A stretch of 64,000 nt of DNA from Octopus sinensis (GCF_006345805.1 NC_043019.1:25543360-25607359), one strand, 5' to 3'. Counted from the stretch's first letter, positions 38,598 through 51,713 are shown. Numbers and translations: made by a program. The notes: generated by a model from the sequence alone, not told the origin.

Positions 38598-39876
38598 TGT
38601 GTGTTGTTTTGCAAAGGAATGTGTTTTTTATGTTTTATTTATATTCTTTATAAAATTAATGTACAATATAGAATATATAGTATAAATAGTATATATAGTA
38701 TAATGAAATGAAGTATTGATTGTCTTACTGAATAGATGAAATATTGAATATCAACTATTAAGGGGCTAGTATACTTTTTTGCATTAAAGAAGTCTTCAAG
38801 GTCCTAGGTTGCGATAGCGCTGGTCGCGTGAAAATATTTGAAATCATTTACACAGAAATACGTCTAACATAACGCTTCAAGGGAAATAACTCTAAAGGTC
38901 TCGTGTGTTTAGATATATGAGAGTTACTTCCCTTACATCATAAACTGTTTCGTGTACAAAATTCCATTTTATTACCTAATAAAAGAAATCAAAGTATTGA
39001 GAAAAGAACTAAAAAATACATTAGGAAAGAAACATAGAAAAAGAATAAAAAGGGAAGTGGGGAATTAAGCTGGGGGAAGGGGGTGAGAAAATGGATCGTA
39101 CTCCCCTGACCAAATGGCGTGTTCAGCTGCGCTTCGCGGAGATGATTGCAAAGGGGTTGCGGCGCAGAATGGTCAGTGACACTGGCTGCAGCAGCCACGC
39201 ACATTATGGGGTACATTTCTCAAACGGGCCGCTGTTATCCCGATTTTGCAAAAGAATCAGCAGTATGTGGTCCGAGAACAACTGAGGTCTCGACGACAAC
39301 TGACAGAAACTGACAGTAGCCCGTCAGACTCCTGTATTTATCTATCTTTCTCTCTGAGTTAGTTACGGGTGGCGATACCCGGGATCTTTCAGGTCTAATG
39401 TGTAGTTATAAATTTTTAAGAAGCACTCGATCGGTGTTACTAATTACGAGGCGGGTAGGAAAAGAGTAAAAATTGACAGAATAGAGACCAAGACACATCG
39501 TTATGGTTATCATAATTAAGATAATTTTAAACATGTTCCCAACGCCACGACGAACAATTAAGAATTGAATATAAATTCCCTTTAATATTCTTGTCAATAA
39601 AGACGGTCCTTGATGGGCGAAGAAATTTCCATTAGTATTTAGGTGGGGGAGGGGTGCCTGATATTTGACCTTCCAACAAGCATTACATTAGTCGTAGCTT
39701 TATTTGGTTTCTGTTAGTAAAGCTCAAGTTATTTAGCACCGGACGTTGTGGCGTTTATGGCTTTCCCGTCACAGTTAGAAACAAGTAATAGCTAAATCGC
39801 ATAAGGATAGACAGAATAAATGACGAGAGATTATCATATCATATTGGGTAGAAACTCACTCAGAGTATTCTTTTCT

Positions 39877-40347
39877 GCTCTAGGCACAAGGCCAGAAATT
39901 TTGGGGGAGGAGACCAGTCGGACAAAATGTCTCGCGGCGTTTTCTTCGGCTTTACGATCTGAGTTCAAATTCCGCCGAGGTCGACTTTACCTTTCATCCT
40001 TTCGGGTTCGATAGATTAAGGATCAGTAAAACAGTGGGGTCGTTGTAATTGATTAATCCCCTCCCACACCCCTAAAAATTTCAGGCCTTGTGTTCTTTTA
40101 GTAGAAAGGGTTATTAATGCCTTGTTAAGGCGGAGAGCTGGCAGAATCGCGACCTCGCCCGGAAAAATGCTTAGCGGTATTTTCTTCCGTCTTTACGTTC
40201 AGAGTTCAAATTCCGCCACTGTCGACTTTGCCTTTCAACCTGTTGGGATCGATAAATTAAATACCAGTTGTGCACTAGTCTCGATTTAATCGATTCACCC
40301 CTCCCCCGAACTTGCTAGCCTTGTGCTAAAATTTGAAGCCAGTATTA
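39877..40347 (+). mobile_element. Two tandem family-1 SINEs, the first chimeric (inverted tail fused to body)
   Basis: 39877-39920 is tail B in minus orientation joined to a plus-strand body. A second full copy starts at about 40127. Confidence 0.8.
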
Positions 40348-40803
40348 TTCGCGTTGTTGTTGTTGGTGTTGTTGTTGGTGGTGGGTTTGTTGCGGCGATG
40401 GTTGTTGATGTTTTGATGGTGGTGATGTGTCTAATGTTTGAGATGTTAGTTCCGGCCGTGGACTGGGTGGCATTGCTATTGGTTGTGATATTTTCAGTGT
40501 TTTGGAGGATTTTCAGGCCCACTACTGCCATGGCTAAGCCGACCTCGACGGCGAAATTTAAACTCAATTGCTCAGATAAACAACATATACCTGAACAAAC
40601 AAAACCGCTTTTATGTCGTCGCTCCACATGCTAGATATATCAGCAATACCTTCCTTAAACAAAACTTAACGCCTTGCCAAAACGATGGAGAAATATTAGA
40701 TACACGTCGTCTTCAAGAAAGACAAAACTGTTACTTTGTCTTGTCCGTTTGATTCTCTCTCTCTCTCTCTCTCTCAATGTATCTATCCATATATTAGCAA
40801 GCT

Positions 40804-40930
<127 letters not shown>

Positions 40931-41040
40931 GATAGATAGATAGATAGATGATAGATAGATAGATAGATAGATAGATAGGTAGATAGATAGATAGATCTGT
41001 TCGTCTATCTGTACATGTATCTTAAACGCATCTTCCTTAC

Positions 41041-41167
41041 AATGGCGTAAATGAGCAACTGACAATCTTCGTTTCATTGTCAACTTCTGAGATCTGAACT
41101 GGAACGAAGATCGTTAATTTCACTTTATCACCAGATTCATTTAGTACAAAGCTTTGTGAGCGTATCT
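41041..41167 (-). CDS. Candidate exon 2 of a minus-strand gene (IRSQSFVLNESGDKVKLTIFVPVQISEVDNETKIVSCSFTP)
   Basis: Donor ATT|GTAAGG. Acceptor ATGTATAG|, though a competing AG lies 8 nt upstream. Open frame, phase-compatible with the 42375-42465 exon. Confidence 0.4.
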
Positions 41168-41852
41168 CTATACATCTACACATGCAATTAAATAAACATA
41201 GAGATGTATTTTTTACACGTGTATATATATATATATGTATGTGTGCCTTTGGATGTCTTCTACAGTAGGTTAAGACCAACAAATCAGAAATCCCCCAAGG
41301 CTTTACATAAAAATAGATAGATATATTCCAGTTAACTATGCTACAAATATGACCAAAAAGGAAATAAGACGTACTACAAACAACGAAAATATCTTTCCTT
41401 AGTGATAACCTCAAACATTTTTACAAGATAATATCTTATAATGTTAATACTGTCATTTCTAAATGACAACGCTTGCACTTGCAAATGGTAATTTTCGCAT
41501 TTTTAAAAGATAATGTTTTCTCTTATATGTGATAATGTTTTTGTTTTTCCATCATGATATCTTTACTTTTGAATCTTAATGCCGCCATTTCTAACTGATA
41601 ATATGTTTTCACTTTTAAATGTTAATAGTGTCGTATTTAAATATCTTCTCTTTTAAATAGCAATACCGCCATTCGTAAACAAATATTTCGTTCATGTGGC
41701 AAGGAATAAATATAACAAAAACGATTTAGTGGTTAACTTCTGTGTTACATATCTTGTTCAGATAGATTGTGAATATTTCAGACATGGTGGTAATAATGAT
41801 GATGATGATGATAATGATGATGATGATAATGATGACGACTACAGCTGCCACA

Positions 41853-42280
41853 CAGGAGGCGCAATGGCCCAGTGGTTAGGGCAGCGGACCCGCGGTCGGA
41901 GGATCGCGGTTTCGACTCCCAGACCCGCCGTTGTGTGTGTTTATTGAGCGAAAACACCTAAAGCTGCGCGAGGTTCCGGCAGGGAGTGGTGGCGACCCCT
42001 GTTGTACTCTTTCACTCCAACTTTCTCTCACTCTTTCTTCCTGTTTTTTATCCCCCGACTTCCTACGCAACCGCTGACCCTGGATGCACATTCATCCATC
42101 CGTCGATGCTCTCGGTGTCGGGGGTTGACCTGCTTTTTCTTCTGCGGGTCTTACGAATAGCAAAGGACCACGTTTCGGACTCCTCCCACGTTTCGGACCA
42201 CGTTTCGGACTTCTCCCACTAACCCTAACCCTAACCCTAACTCTAACGAAGACCGCTACGCTCAACAAACAAACAAACAG
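41853..42280 (+). mobile_element. Composite family-3 SINE with internal (CCCTAA)n, TSD-bounded
   Basis: ACAGCTGCCACA (41841-41852) versus ACAGCAGCCACA (42281-42292). tRNA-Arg-like head and (AAAC)n tail. Confidence 0.85.
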
Positions 42281-42374
42281 ACAGCAGCCACAATAACAGC
42301 GATTAGTTTATTAATAAACAAAAACAAACAAGAAATAATGAAAACAAGGAAGTGTAAAATAAATTGTTACTTAC

Positions 42375-42465
42375 TGTCAGAGGGCTGCAACATCGTCGAC
42401 ATAATGCAATCATCTTCGCGCGGTCGCCTCTTCGGATCAATCCCATCAGTAATAATGTCCGACAT
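42375..42465 (-). CDS. Candidate first coding exon (MSDIITDGIDPKRRPREDDCIMSTMLQPSD)
   Basis: CAAAATG start context, ACA|GTAAGT donor, complex non-repetitive sequence. Confidence 0.45.
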
Positions 42466-42504
42466 TTTGAACGGTATTTCCTTAGTATATGTATATATAT
42501 ATAT

Positions 42505-42680
42505 CGCTCACGTGATTGGCACACTAATGTCTGTTTGTCGTCTACATGAAGTCAGGTAGCGAGTGGGTGGGGAGTGTGGAGGGGGCGGGATTACTTGAAT
42601 GGAAGGGCAGATTAAGGACAAGAGGTAATTGATTTCCTGAACGGCGGTTCAATCCTGACTTCGTGATTGGTTTTCATTTA
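42505..42680 (-). promoter_or_regulatory. Candidate promoter: two CCAATCAC boxes, E-box, GC box
   Basis: Plus strand CTCACGTGATTGGC (about 42507), GGGGGCGGGA (about 42580) and GTGATTGGTT (about 42664), just upstream of the candidate ATG. Confidence 0.45.
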
Positions 42681-43257
42681 AAACCTTGAGCTGGACGTAT
42701 CAACCATCCTACCTACGTGTCTGTCTGTCTGTCTGTGTATGTATGTATGTGCGTGTATTCGTGTATGTATCTATGTATATATGCATAAATTTATGTATGT
42801 ATATGTGTATGTATGTATGAGTTTATGTATGTATGTATTTGTGTATGTATGTATGTATATCTGTACGTATGTATGTGTGTGTGTGTGTATGTATGTAATT
42901 GTCTCTATATAAGTATGTGCATGTAGTTTCTTTGTGTGTGTAAAGTATTCATGTAATGGCAATTGCTGCGTGTGTATTAATGTATGTCTTTATGGTCATG
43001 CGTGTGTGTGTGTGTGTGTGTGTATGTGTGTATGTGTGTGTGTGTGTATTTTGTCCTCAGGGGCTTGTCTATTTTGGGTTTGTAATCGTAATGATATTGA
43101 ATAACGACACGTCACGTGACTATATCGGAATGTTGGCCAAAGATGTGATAGTCTTTTAAACCCGGTTTAGACGCCTGACATTTCCAGCCGGAGTGAATGA
43201 AAGACATACGAAATGATATCAACGCAATCATCTCATGAAGAACAACTAATACTTCTG

Positions 43258-43298
<41 letters not shown>

Positions 43299-44023
43299 AA
43301 CAACAACAGCAACAATGTTATTGATGGTGACTATGAATGAATGAATATTAATTGGAATTAATATTTAATAAATATACAAAGAAACTAACTTTTTTTGGAA
43401 ATATATGTATATATATATTTATATGTATCATATATGTAGTTCTTGTTTTAGTTTTTTTTTTTTTTTACGATTGTTTGTCGGTCGATTATTCAGAAAATTC
43501 TAGAAATGTCGACAACAGATTATTGCACGAAATTCAGGAGATGTCTCCCAAACTGTTTCATTCTCGTATCGTATATTTGCTCTTTTCCGGAGAATATTCG
43601 GCAAGATGTTAGCTCTTTTATTATTATTATTATTATTATTATATTATTATTATTATTGTTGTTGTTGATCGTGTTGTTGTTGTTGTGTTATTATTGCTGT
43701 AATAGTTATCTCAATAGAAACCTTAAGAATAAATTTTGACAAGATTATATTTTGATATTTGGGATAAGAAACCCAAAGAAAATTTTTAAAAAAGAAGGAG
43801 GCGGCAGAGGGGCGGGATCTTTCGTGTGTAAGTTGTTCAAAGTTGTGCCCGCCTTAAATATCGATTGAATGAAATTCCAACTTCATTCAGTAGTAGGAAA
43901 TAAAATCTAACTTTGTTTCAATGAGATTCTTGATTCAGTATATTGTCTTTTTATCTATATCTCCGGTTCTTTTTTCGTTCTAGATACATCTCGTAATTTC
44001 TATATAGATATATATATATACAT

Positions 44024-44096
<73 letters not shown>

Positions 44097-46929
44097 GTTT
44101 CAGCGATGGTTTGATTAATATCGACTTCTATTTAATTAAGAATAATGGTGGATTTATTGTGTGAACAAAGAGAAGATTTAATACGTCTAATGATTAATAA
44201 CTATTCTTTTTGTTTTTAAAAATTGAATGAAATTATTATCCATTTTTCTCTCCAGACACAAGGAATAATAATGGTGTATCATTTAAATAGCTTTTATCTT
44301 CCATGTCGAGTTTTAACTGAATATATTTCATAATCTGACGAGTGTAGTGACATTGCGGTTATGAACGGAAACACTTGTTCGATGAATATATTAAATTCTT
44401 GGTAAAGTTTAAAATGTTCCTTCTTCCTGAATATAACATAATTTTTGAAGAAACGTAAACTTGTTAAATATTTATCTGTCCATGAAAATATAAAATAAAT
44501 TAACAATGAATTATATTCTGAAGCATTTGATTTTGTTTGTCACCTGTCGAATATTCAAGACATTCCTCAAACTTCATCCGTGATTTGCAGATATGAAACA
44601 TTTAAATTAATTACTTTTCGACAGTCGAGAGTTATTTCACTATTTCACCGAATATATTTATTTCTTTTGACCTCCTCTTTCTCTTTCACGTTTCTCTCGG
44701 CCTTTCAGGTTTATTGCTGTCCTTACATAATAAATAATTAAATTCAAGGAAATGTTTGAATTTAGTGTGTTGAAACCGAATTGGAAACCCACCAAGTAAA
44801 ATGCATTCACTGATCTAGTAATATATAATAATGATAATATTCACATCGGCATCATCCATCAATTCGTTTGGGGTTTGTTAAAACTCTCAGCTTTTAAAAG
44901 ATGACCGAAGGCAGATTTTCATATCTCATGTATGTTTGTGCTGGAAAGGCAATTTTAATTCATTTTGTTCTTATTTAAACCAATATCAATATATCACAAA
45001 TCTTGTAAAATATTATGAAATATGCCTGGAAAACAAGTCAAAACACAGCTTTATCACAGTCGGTTGTTAAATATTAAATCCGTGGATCAAGAACAGAAAA
45101 ATACTCCAAACAGTTCTTAGAGAATCTTGTAATACAAAAGAAGCGTCGGTGGTGTATCGTATTCTTTGTTCGTATATTTCTTTTCGATAATGAATTATAT
45201 AATACACATATATATATAGTATAGTATAGAACTAGTATAATTTAAACATAGAAAAATGTATATGAAGCAACCGGATATGAACGAAATATTTTGGAAGACA
45301 TAAGGGAGTGTTAAATATATTTTCGTTAAATTATTTTGCCAGAGTTATCAGTTATAAATAAGTTTATTCCCACCAATAGCTTCTAAGAATCGATTCATTC
45401 TATTTAATCAAATACCAGCATGGTTACAAGATAACCTTTCAACTTTTTTATTTTCTGTCTCCTGTGTAAAAGATCGCCTGCGTACTTCTATCTCATTCCA
45501 CCATTATTTTGCCGCCAAAATGTCCCCTGTTTCTACTTCCATACATGAATTACACCGATAATATATGAAGATATTCACTTTCTTTTTTACTCCCAAGTAA
45601 TTCAATGATAAACAACGGCTTCTTGTTGTAAGTGCTTTAACTTAGATTACGACGTATGGCAAGAAAACAGTCCATAGTTTGGGGGTACGGACATTTCCTA
45701 GTTACCTTGATATAATAGTCCAGTTTAATTATAAACTCAAAACAGAAAACTGTCCAGGTTTAAATTTTTTTCTTGATTCTTTCTATGCAATTATTCGTTA
45801 TACTTCTCATTCTTTTTAGTGCAAACGCATCAAATTAGAAGTCTTTTCTTCAATAATCAGATTGTGATATATATTTTACACTCAATCTTCTCGGCAAATA
45901 AGTTAAGGAACTCAAGCGAATCCCATTTACAACGAGAAGTGTTTTGGTAAGGGCTTCAATTTTTTTCTTTTACGTCTTTTCAGTTTGACTAAACATTTTT
46001 AAATACGAGAAGAAATGTGAAGAAGTAACTTGTTACTTGTAAGGAAAATATGTTTCTTAATTTTGAATTTGATTTTTCGTTTCATCTTCGTGTATTGCTT
46101 AACTTGTAATCGACGTTCATATGCAGTTGACTGTATTAGCCGTGATAAAGCTTAATTAAAGATCGTCTCGCCTGATCTTTGCCATGTCGTCAAACATTGC
46201 AGATTTTGTCCGTCTGTTTGTATCATGTTCAAGATTTATTTATTGAGAAGTATTCGGAAATTGGTGGAAATCTGTCGTAAAGAAAGAAATGAAAAGAGAA
46301 AGCTATCAGAAAAAGAACCAAAACAATTAAGCAATGACAAAAATATTTCAAATATAAAAAAACAAAATCGGAAAAATTTTAAAAGAACAGGAAATGGAAT
46401 ATATTAACCTGCAATATCGAGAGGACTTGTTCAACAAAATGGCTTAATAATCTCAATACAAATAAAGCAGACGATAAAATGGCGATTAATGAAACATTAT
46501 CTACAAAAGAGAAACTTTCTGAACGATCGATAAAAGTAATAATTCACTGGGTATTGAATAATTAACAGTTTAACTATTACGGATGTAATAAATTACGCAT
46601 AATTCTTCGGTTTTGATTTGGATATCGATATAGGTAATCTTCCACTTTTTCTTCATTCAATCTCGCTCTAATGTAACGGCAAGGTTACTTCCGTTGACCG
46701 GCGATCTCTTTTTGTCTGTCATTTTGTTTGGCTTATTCATTGAGGAACCACTTATGTATGAAACACTAACTTTTGGCAAACCTTACGTAATTTCACTTTG
46801 ATTTATAACCGCTTCGCGTGACATTTCGTAGATCTTCTGATGCATATCAAGATGACTGAACGTTTTAAAAGAATCATTTTTGACCGTGTTTCCATTAATC
46901 CTTTACTGAAAGATAACATCAACCAAAAC

Positions 46930-47290
46930 ATTTGGATTTCCAAATGTTAGTTAAGGACCCCGGAATAACGTTACTCGATAGAGTGCCTAACACGGAGATT
47001 AGGGAGCCCCTCTTCAGGTCAAGTCGTTATTTCTTCGCGTTGAAAGGGCACAGCTCTGGTACTATGGACAACGTGGTTAGAAAGTCACAGGAAAGAACCA
47101 CAAGACAGATTCTTCAATCTTCGCCAACCGGAAGAAGACCAGAAACGAGATGGTTGGAGACTTGTCTGTAGTCGCATTTGTTCACTTGGGAACCAAACCG
47201 AAAAGTGTAATGGCAGTTGTTTCTGATGGAACCCTATGGAGGAAGGGCCTGAGAACTGTGCCCCTGCGTCCCTCCCAAGAAAAGTGAGAG
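46930..47290 (+). mobile_element. RTE-clade LINE 3' end
   Basis: DRVPNTEIRE...QLWYYG...RQILQSSPTGRRP-TRW...DGTLWRKGLRTVPLRPSQEK*. Confidence 0.75.
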
Positions 47291-47348
47291 GAGGAGTGGA
47301 GGGTGAAAGCGTGTGGTGTAGGTATGCATGCATATATATATAATATAT

Positions 47349-47388
<40 letters not shown>

Positions 47389-47413
47389 TAATATATATAT
47401 AGATATATATATA

Positions 47414-47454
<41 letters not shown>

Positions 47455-47459
47455 TATTA

Positions 47460-47497
<38 letters not shown>

Positions 47498-47498
<1 letters not shown>

Positions 47499-47714
47499 GC
47501 GGCGAGCTGGCAGAACGGTTAGCGCGCCGGGCGAAATATTTAGCGGTATTTCGTCTGTCGTTACGTTTGAGTTCAAATTCCGCCGAGGTCGACTTTACCT
47601 TCATCCCTTTCGGGGGCGGAAATAAAGTACCAGTTTCGCACTGGGGTCGTTGTAATCGACTTACTCCTTTGTCTGTCCCCTCTATGTTTAGCCCCTTGTG
47701 GCAGTAAAGAAATA
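47498..47714 (+). mobile_element. SINE family 1 (tail A)
   Basis: Full head to tail. Confidence 0.92.
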
Positions 47715-47853
47715 TATTATATATATAATATATATATATATATATCATGCTGCCTAACCACACGCACACATGGACATACCAATGTTTTATTCCATATTGC
47801 AATATAATACTCGTATGCCGTATTAAAAGATAAGACATTATTATATATATATA

Positions 47854-48090
47854 CAGAGTGTTCAAAATGTCTCTCCGCAGTGAATTTTTTTCCTCCTGCA
47901 CATAGCAATGGCGCTACTTCAAGACTTTTTCGGTGAACGGATTATCTCGAAGGGACTTTGGCCAACAAGATCACCTGATTTAACACCGCCAGACATTTTT
48001 TTTTCTGGGGAGCAAGTAAAGGATCGGATTACAAGAACCGCCCGAAAACCATTAAATACTTACTGCGGAGAGATTTTTTTGAACACCCTG
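47854..48090 (+). mobile_element. 237-bp Tc1/mariner deletion derivative
   Basis: About 28-bp TIRs (CAGAGTGTTCAAAATGTCTCTCCGCAGT / ACTGCGGAGAGATTTTTTTGAACACCCTG), TA flanks, internal LWPTRSPDLTPPD. Confidence 0.9.
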
Positions 48091-48568
48091 TATAAGTAGG
48101 TCAACGGTTATGTACAAACATCCTACGTCACTCCGAACGGAATACTTCGATTCTCAATAACTCAAAATGATATTATCTCATCATCATCGTCATCGTCGTC
48201 GTCATCGTCATCATTGTCGTCATCATTACAAATTATTGCTGTTGTTGTTGTTGTTGTTACATTATTATATCAAAGAAAAAAGAGTATAAAGGTATGTGTG
48301 TATTTAATGGTTACAATGATTCCGTCACAATAGAGTTCAATATATACTGATTGGAAATGAATAGGTTTTATTGAACTCTTGGAATAAATAAAAAGTTTAT
48401 TGAAGTAGAATCCGATATGAAATCTCATTTATTATATACCTGACTGTGTGGTGATAATGATGAAGATGATGATGATGATGATGATGGTGGTGGTTGGTGG
48501 TGGTGGTGGTGGTGGTGATGATGATGATGATGATAATAATAATAAAAATAATAACAATAATAATAATG

Positions 48569-48627
<59 letters not shown>

Positions 48628-48629
<2 letters not shown>

Positions 48630-48795
48630 AGTACTGGGCAGTAGCTCTCGTGGCTTCTGATCTTAACTGACTGGAAGTGTTTCACTGGTACTTGATTTAT
48701 CGACCCCGAAAGGACGAAAGGCAAAGTCAACCTCGGCGGAATTAGAATTCAGATCGTAAAGACGGACAAAATACCGCTAAGCATTTTGCTTGGCG
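48628..48795 (-). mobile_element. SINE family 1 body with a third tail type
   Basis: Central block present. The tail (CTCTCGTGGCTTCTGATCTTAACTGA on the + strand) differs from tails A and B. Confidence 0.75.
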
Positions 48796-48837
48796 AATAA
48801 TGATAATAATAACAACAACGACGACGACGACGACGAC

Positions 48838-48881
<44 letters not shown>

Positions 48882-49489
48882 CGATGATGATGATGATGAA
48901 GATGATGATGATGATGATGAAGATGATGATGATGAAGATGATGATGATGATGATGATGAAGATGATGATGAAGATGATGATGATGATGATGATGATGATG
49001 AGGGTGATGCTCATTGTCAGAGTAAGGGAGAGTTTAACAGAGAAACGGATTGATTGAAATGAACAGCCTTTCCTCATTTTTTCTTGTAATCACACTGATC
49101 CATTTTGTTGATTATATTAAGCGAAGCTAAGAAAGGATACTGACTGGGGAAACAGAGGTAAAGTGAATCATGTCTGAAAGTTTTATGCCAGAGACAAATT
49201 TCTTAGAGTGGAAAGTAAGAATATTTAGGTAACGATGCTGAAGCGACTTTCGGAATTGATGGAGATGAGCGCAATGATAAAGAAGAGGCGAGGAAAATCG
49301 TAATAAAAAAACAAAAAAAAACAAAACAAAAACGGTCTTATCTGTTATATACATGCACAAGGGTGGCTGTGTGGTTAAGAAGTTTGCTTCCCAGCTACAT
49401 GGTTTCGGGTTGGTGGTAGTGGTTGTGGTGGATGTGGCGGTGGTGTGGTGGTTGGGGGTGGTGGTGATGGTTGTGGCGGTGGTGGGTGA

Positions 49490-49579
49490 TGACGACGACG
49501 ACGATGATGATGATGATGATGATGATGAGTGGTGGTGGGTGATGATGATGATGATGATGATGATGAGGGTGATGATGAC

Positions 49580-49611
<32 letters not shown>

Positions 49612-49770
49612 CGATGATCATGATGATGATGAGGGTGATGATGATGGTGATGGTGATGGGATGGTGATGATGAGGGTGATGATGATGATGATGATGATGA
49701 TGATGGTGATGGTGATGGTGATGGTGATGATGAGGGTGATGATGATGATGATGATGACGATGACGATGAC

Positions 49771-49802
<32 letters not shown>

Positions 49803-49898
49803 CGATGATGACGATGAGGGTGATGATGACGATGATGATGATGATGATGATGATGAGGGTGATGATGATGAGGGTGATGATGATGATGATGATGAGGG

Positions 49899-49946
<48 letters not shown>

Positions 49947-49949
49947 GGG

Positions 49950-50000
<51 letters not shown>

Positions 50001-50010
50001 GGGTGATGAC
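49490..50010. repeat. (GAT)n with periodic GAGGGT interruptions; similar GAT/ATC tracts at 48800-49000 and 52265-52545
   Basis: Direct inspection. Confidence 0.95.
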
Positions 50011-50538
50011 GACTACAGATATAGCAGAACTAATAGTGGAAAAATAAACGAAAATAAGTCTATGCATACCAGAATATTTCTTGCCGCATCAATATTACTG
50101 TGTTAATATTAAACGTTAATATTAAAACGCGCTCTAGCTTGTACAAGACTAATAAAACAAAGATTGCAACACAGACACATCCACACGCGCCTGATGCTAT
50201 ATCGCATGGGCATATGAATATTAATGCCAATTTCTATGGTAATTTATTTATATTTATTCTAGAATGAAAGAATATATTCCGCTTCCTTCTTATCGTTCGG
50301 TTCTTTCTGTTGTTTGTCGTTTATTTTCAGAAATTCATTTGAGTGTGTATTTTAAGAAGTTTACATATAGAGACGCATAAAGACTGTGGATTCTGGTTCA
50401 TTTCGATGTTTAACTCTATGCGGATTTAAATTAGTTCTACATCAACATATCGAGGACTTATCTTATCTTGGCTTTTATATACCAAAAGCACTTAGAACAA
50501 GAAATGTTTTAGCATTTATCTCAGTGTACACACACACA

Positions 50539-50611
<73 letters not shown>

Positions 50612-50899
50612 AATATATATTAAGCGGAGCAGGATCATATATACGAGGACGTCACTGAAGAGGTCACAGATGTGTGATGAAAGATTTCCAGACAATGGAC
50701 ATATGTTAAAATAAGAGCAGTGATAAATGAGTGAAGAACGAATAAATAGTTCGTGTGTTTTTATTTGGAAAAAAAATGACCATCCCGAAATATTACAATA
50801 TCTGTTTCAACACTCGGTTTCACATCAGGAATCTTACAAAATAAATTCCTAAACGTATATATATATATATATATATATATACGGAAAGAGAGAGAGTTT

Positions 50900-51292
50900 A
50901 TATATGAGAGACATATATTCTCCGTATAGAATACATTTCGTAGATCTCAAGAGATTTAAATTCCTCTATTTACACAACCTGAAACCACATGTGAATCGTT
51001 GGTGATTGTCTTCCTCCGTCTTCCCCTCTTTTGGACTTTCCTCGGTTTCCGAAGAAGAGAGTTTGCTCGAAACGTTAAAACATCTTTCTTTCCTTTCCTG
51101 AGCGTCTTCTAATGCATTACAAGTTCCACGTCCTCGCGTTGTTGTTTTTATATGTTTGCTCTTTTGGGGGATTTACTATACACACATATATATTTATACA
51201 TATATATATGTATATGTATACATATATATATATATATATATTATATATATACATACATATATATATATAATATATATATATATATATTATAT

Positions 51293-51329
<37 letters not shown>

Positions 51330-51500
51330 CGATCAAACAGCGTCAGCCCTTGTCGGAATTTACTTTCTATCAAACTTACAAGAAGAATCCCTGAAATCGA
51401 AGGTGGATTGTATAGGGATGACGGTCTCTTAATAGTAAAAATATTTCTAATAGACGACTAGAATTGATTAAAAAGCGCTTTGATTAAAAGATATGGCCCC
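50900..51500 (+). mobile_element. Penelope-like fragments: 3' end with hammerhead-like core, and RT motif
   Basis: CCGAAGAAGAG...CTCGAAACGTT at 51049-51076. GGLYRDDGL (PLE-type RT motif) at about 51400-51430. Confidence 0.7.
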
Positions 51501-51606
51501 TCTATTTCTATCGAGAGAGAAAACCACTTTATATCTCCCTCACTATATATATATATATATATATTAAATATGTGTGTGTGTGTGTGCGTGTGTGTGTATA
51601 TATATG

Positions 51607-51653
<47 letters not shown>

Positions 51654-51713
51654 TATATGTGTGTGTGTATATATATGAATATATATATATGTATATATAT
51701 ATATATATGTATG

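Noticed and set aside
39091-39400. GC-rich segment with a short ORF
   Set aside because: No recognisable protein, and no phase-compatible splice sites with the candidate minus-strand gene.
45480-45580. Kinase-like peptide CMEVETGDILAAK on the minus strand
   Set aside because: It is followed immediately by a stop, has no splice signals, and no other kinase motifs are nearby.
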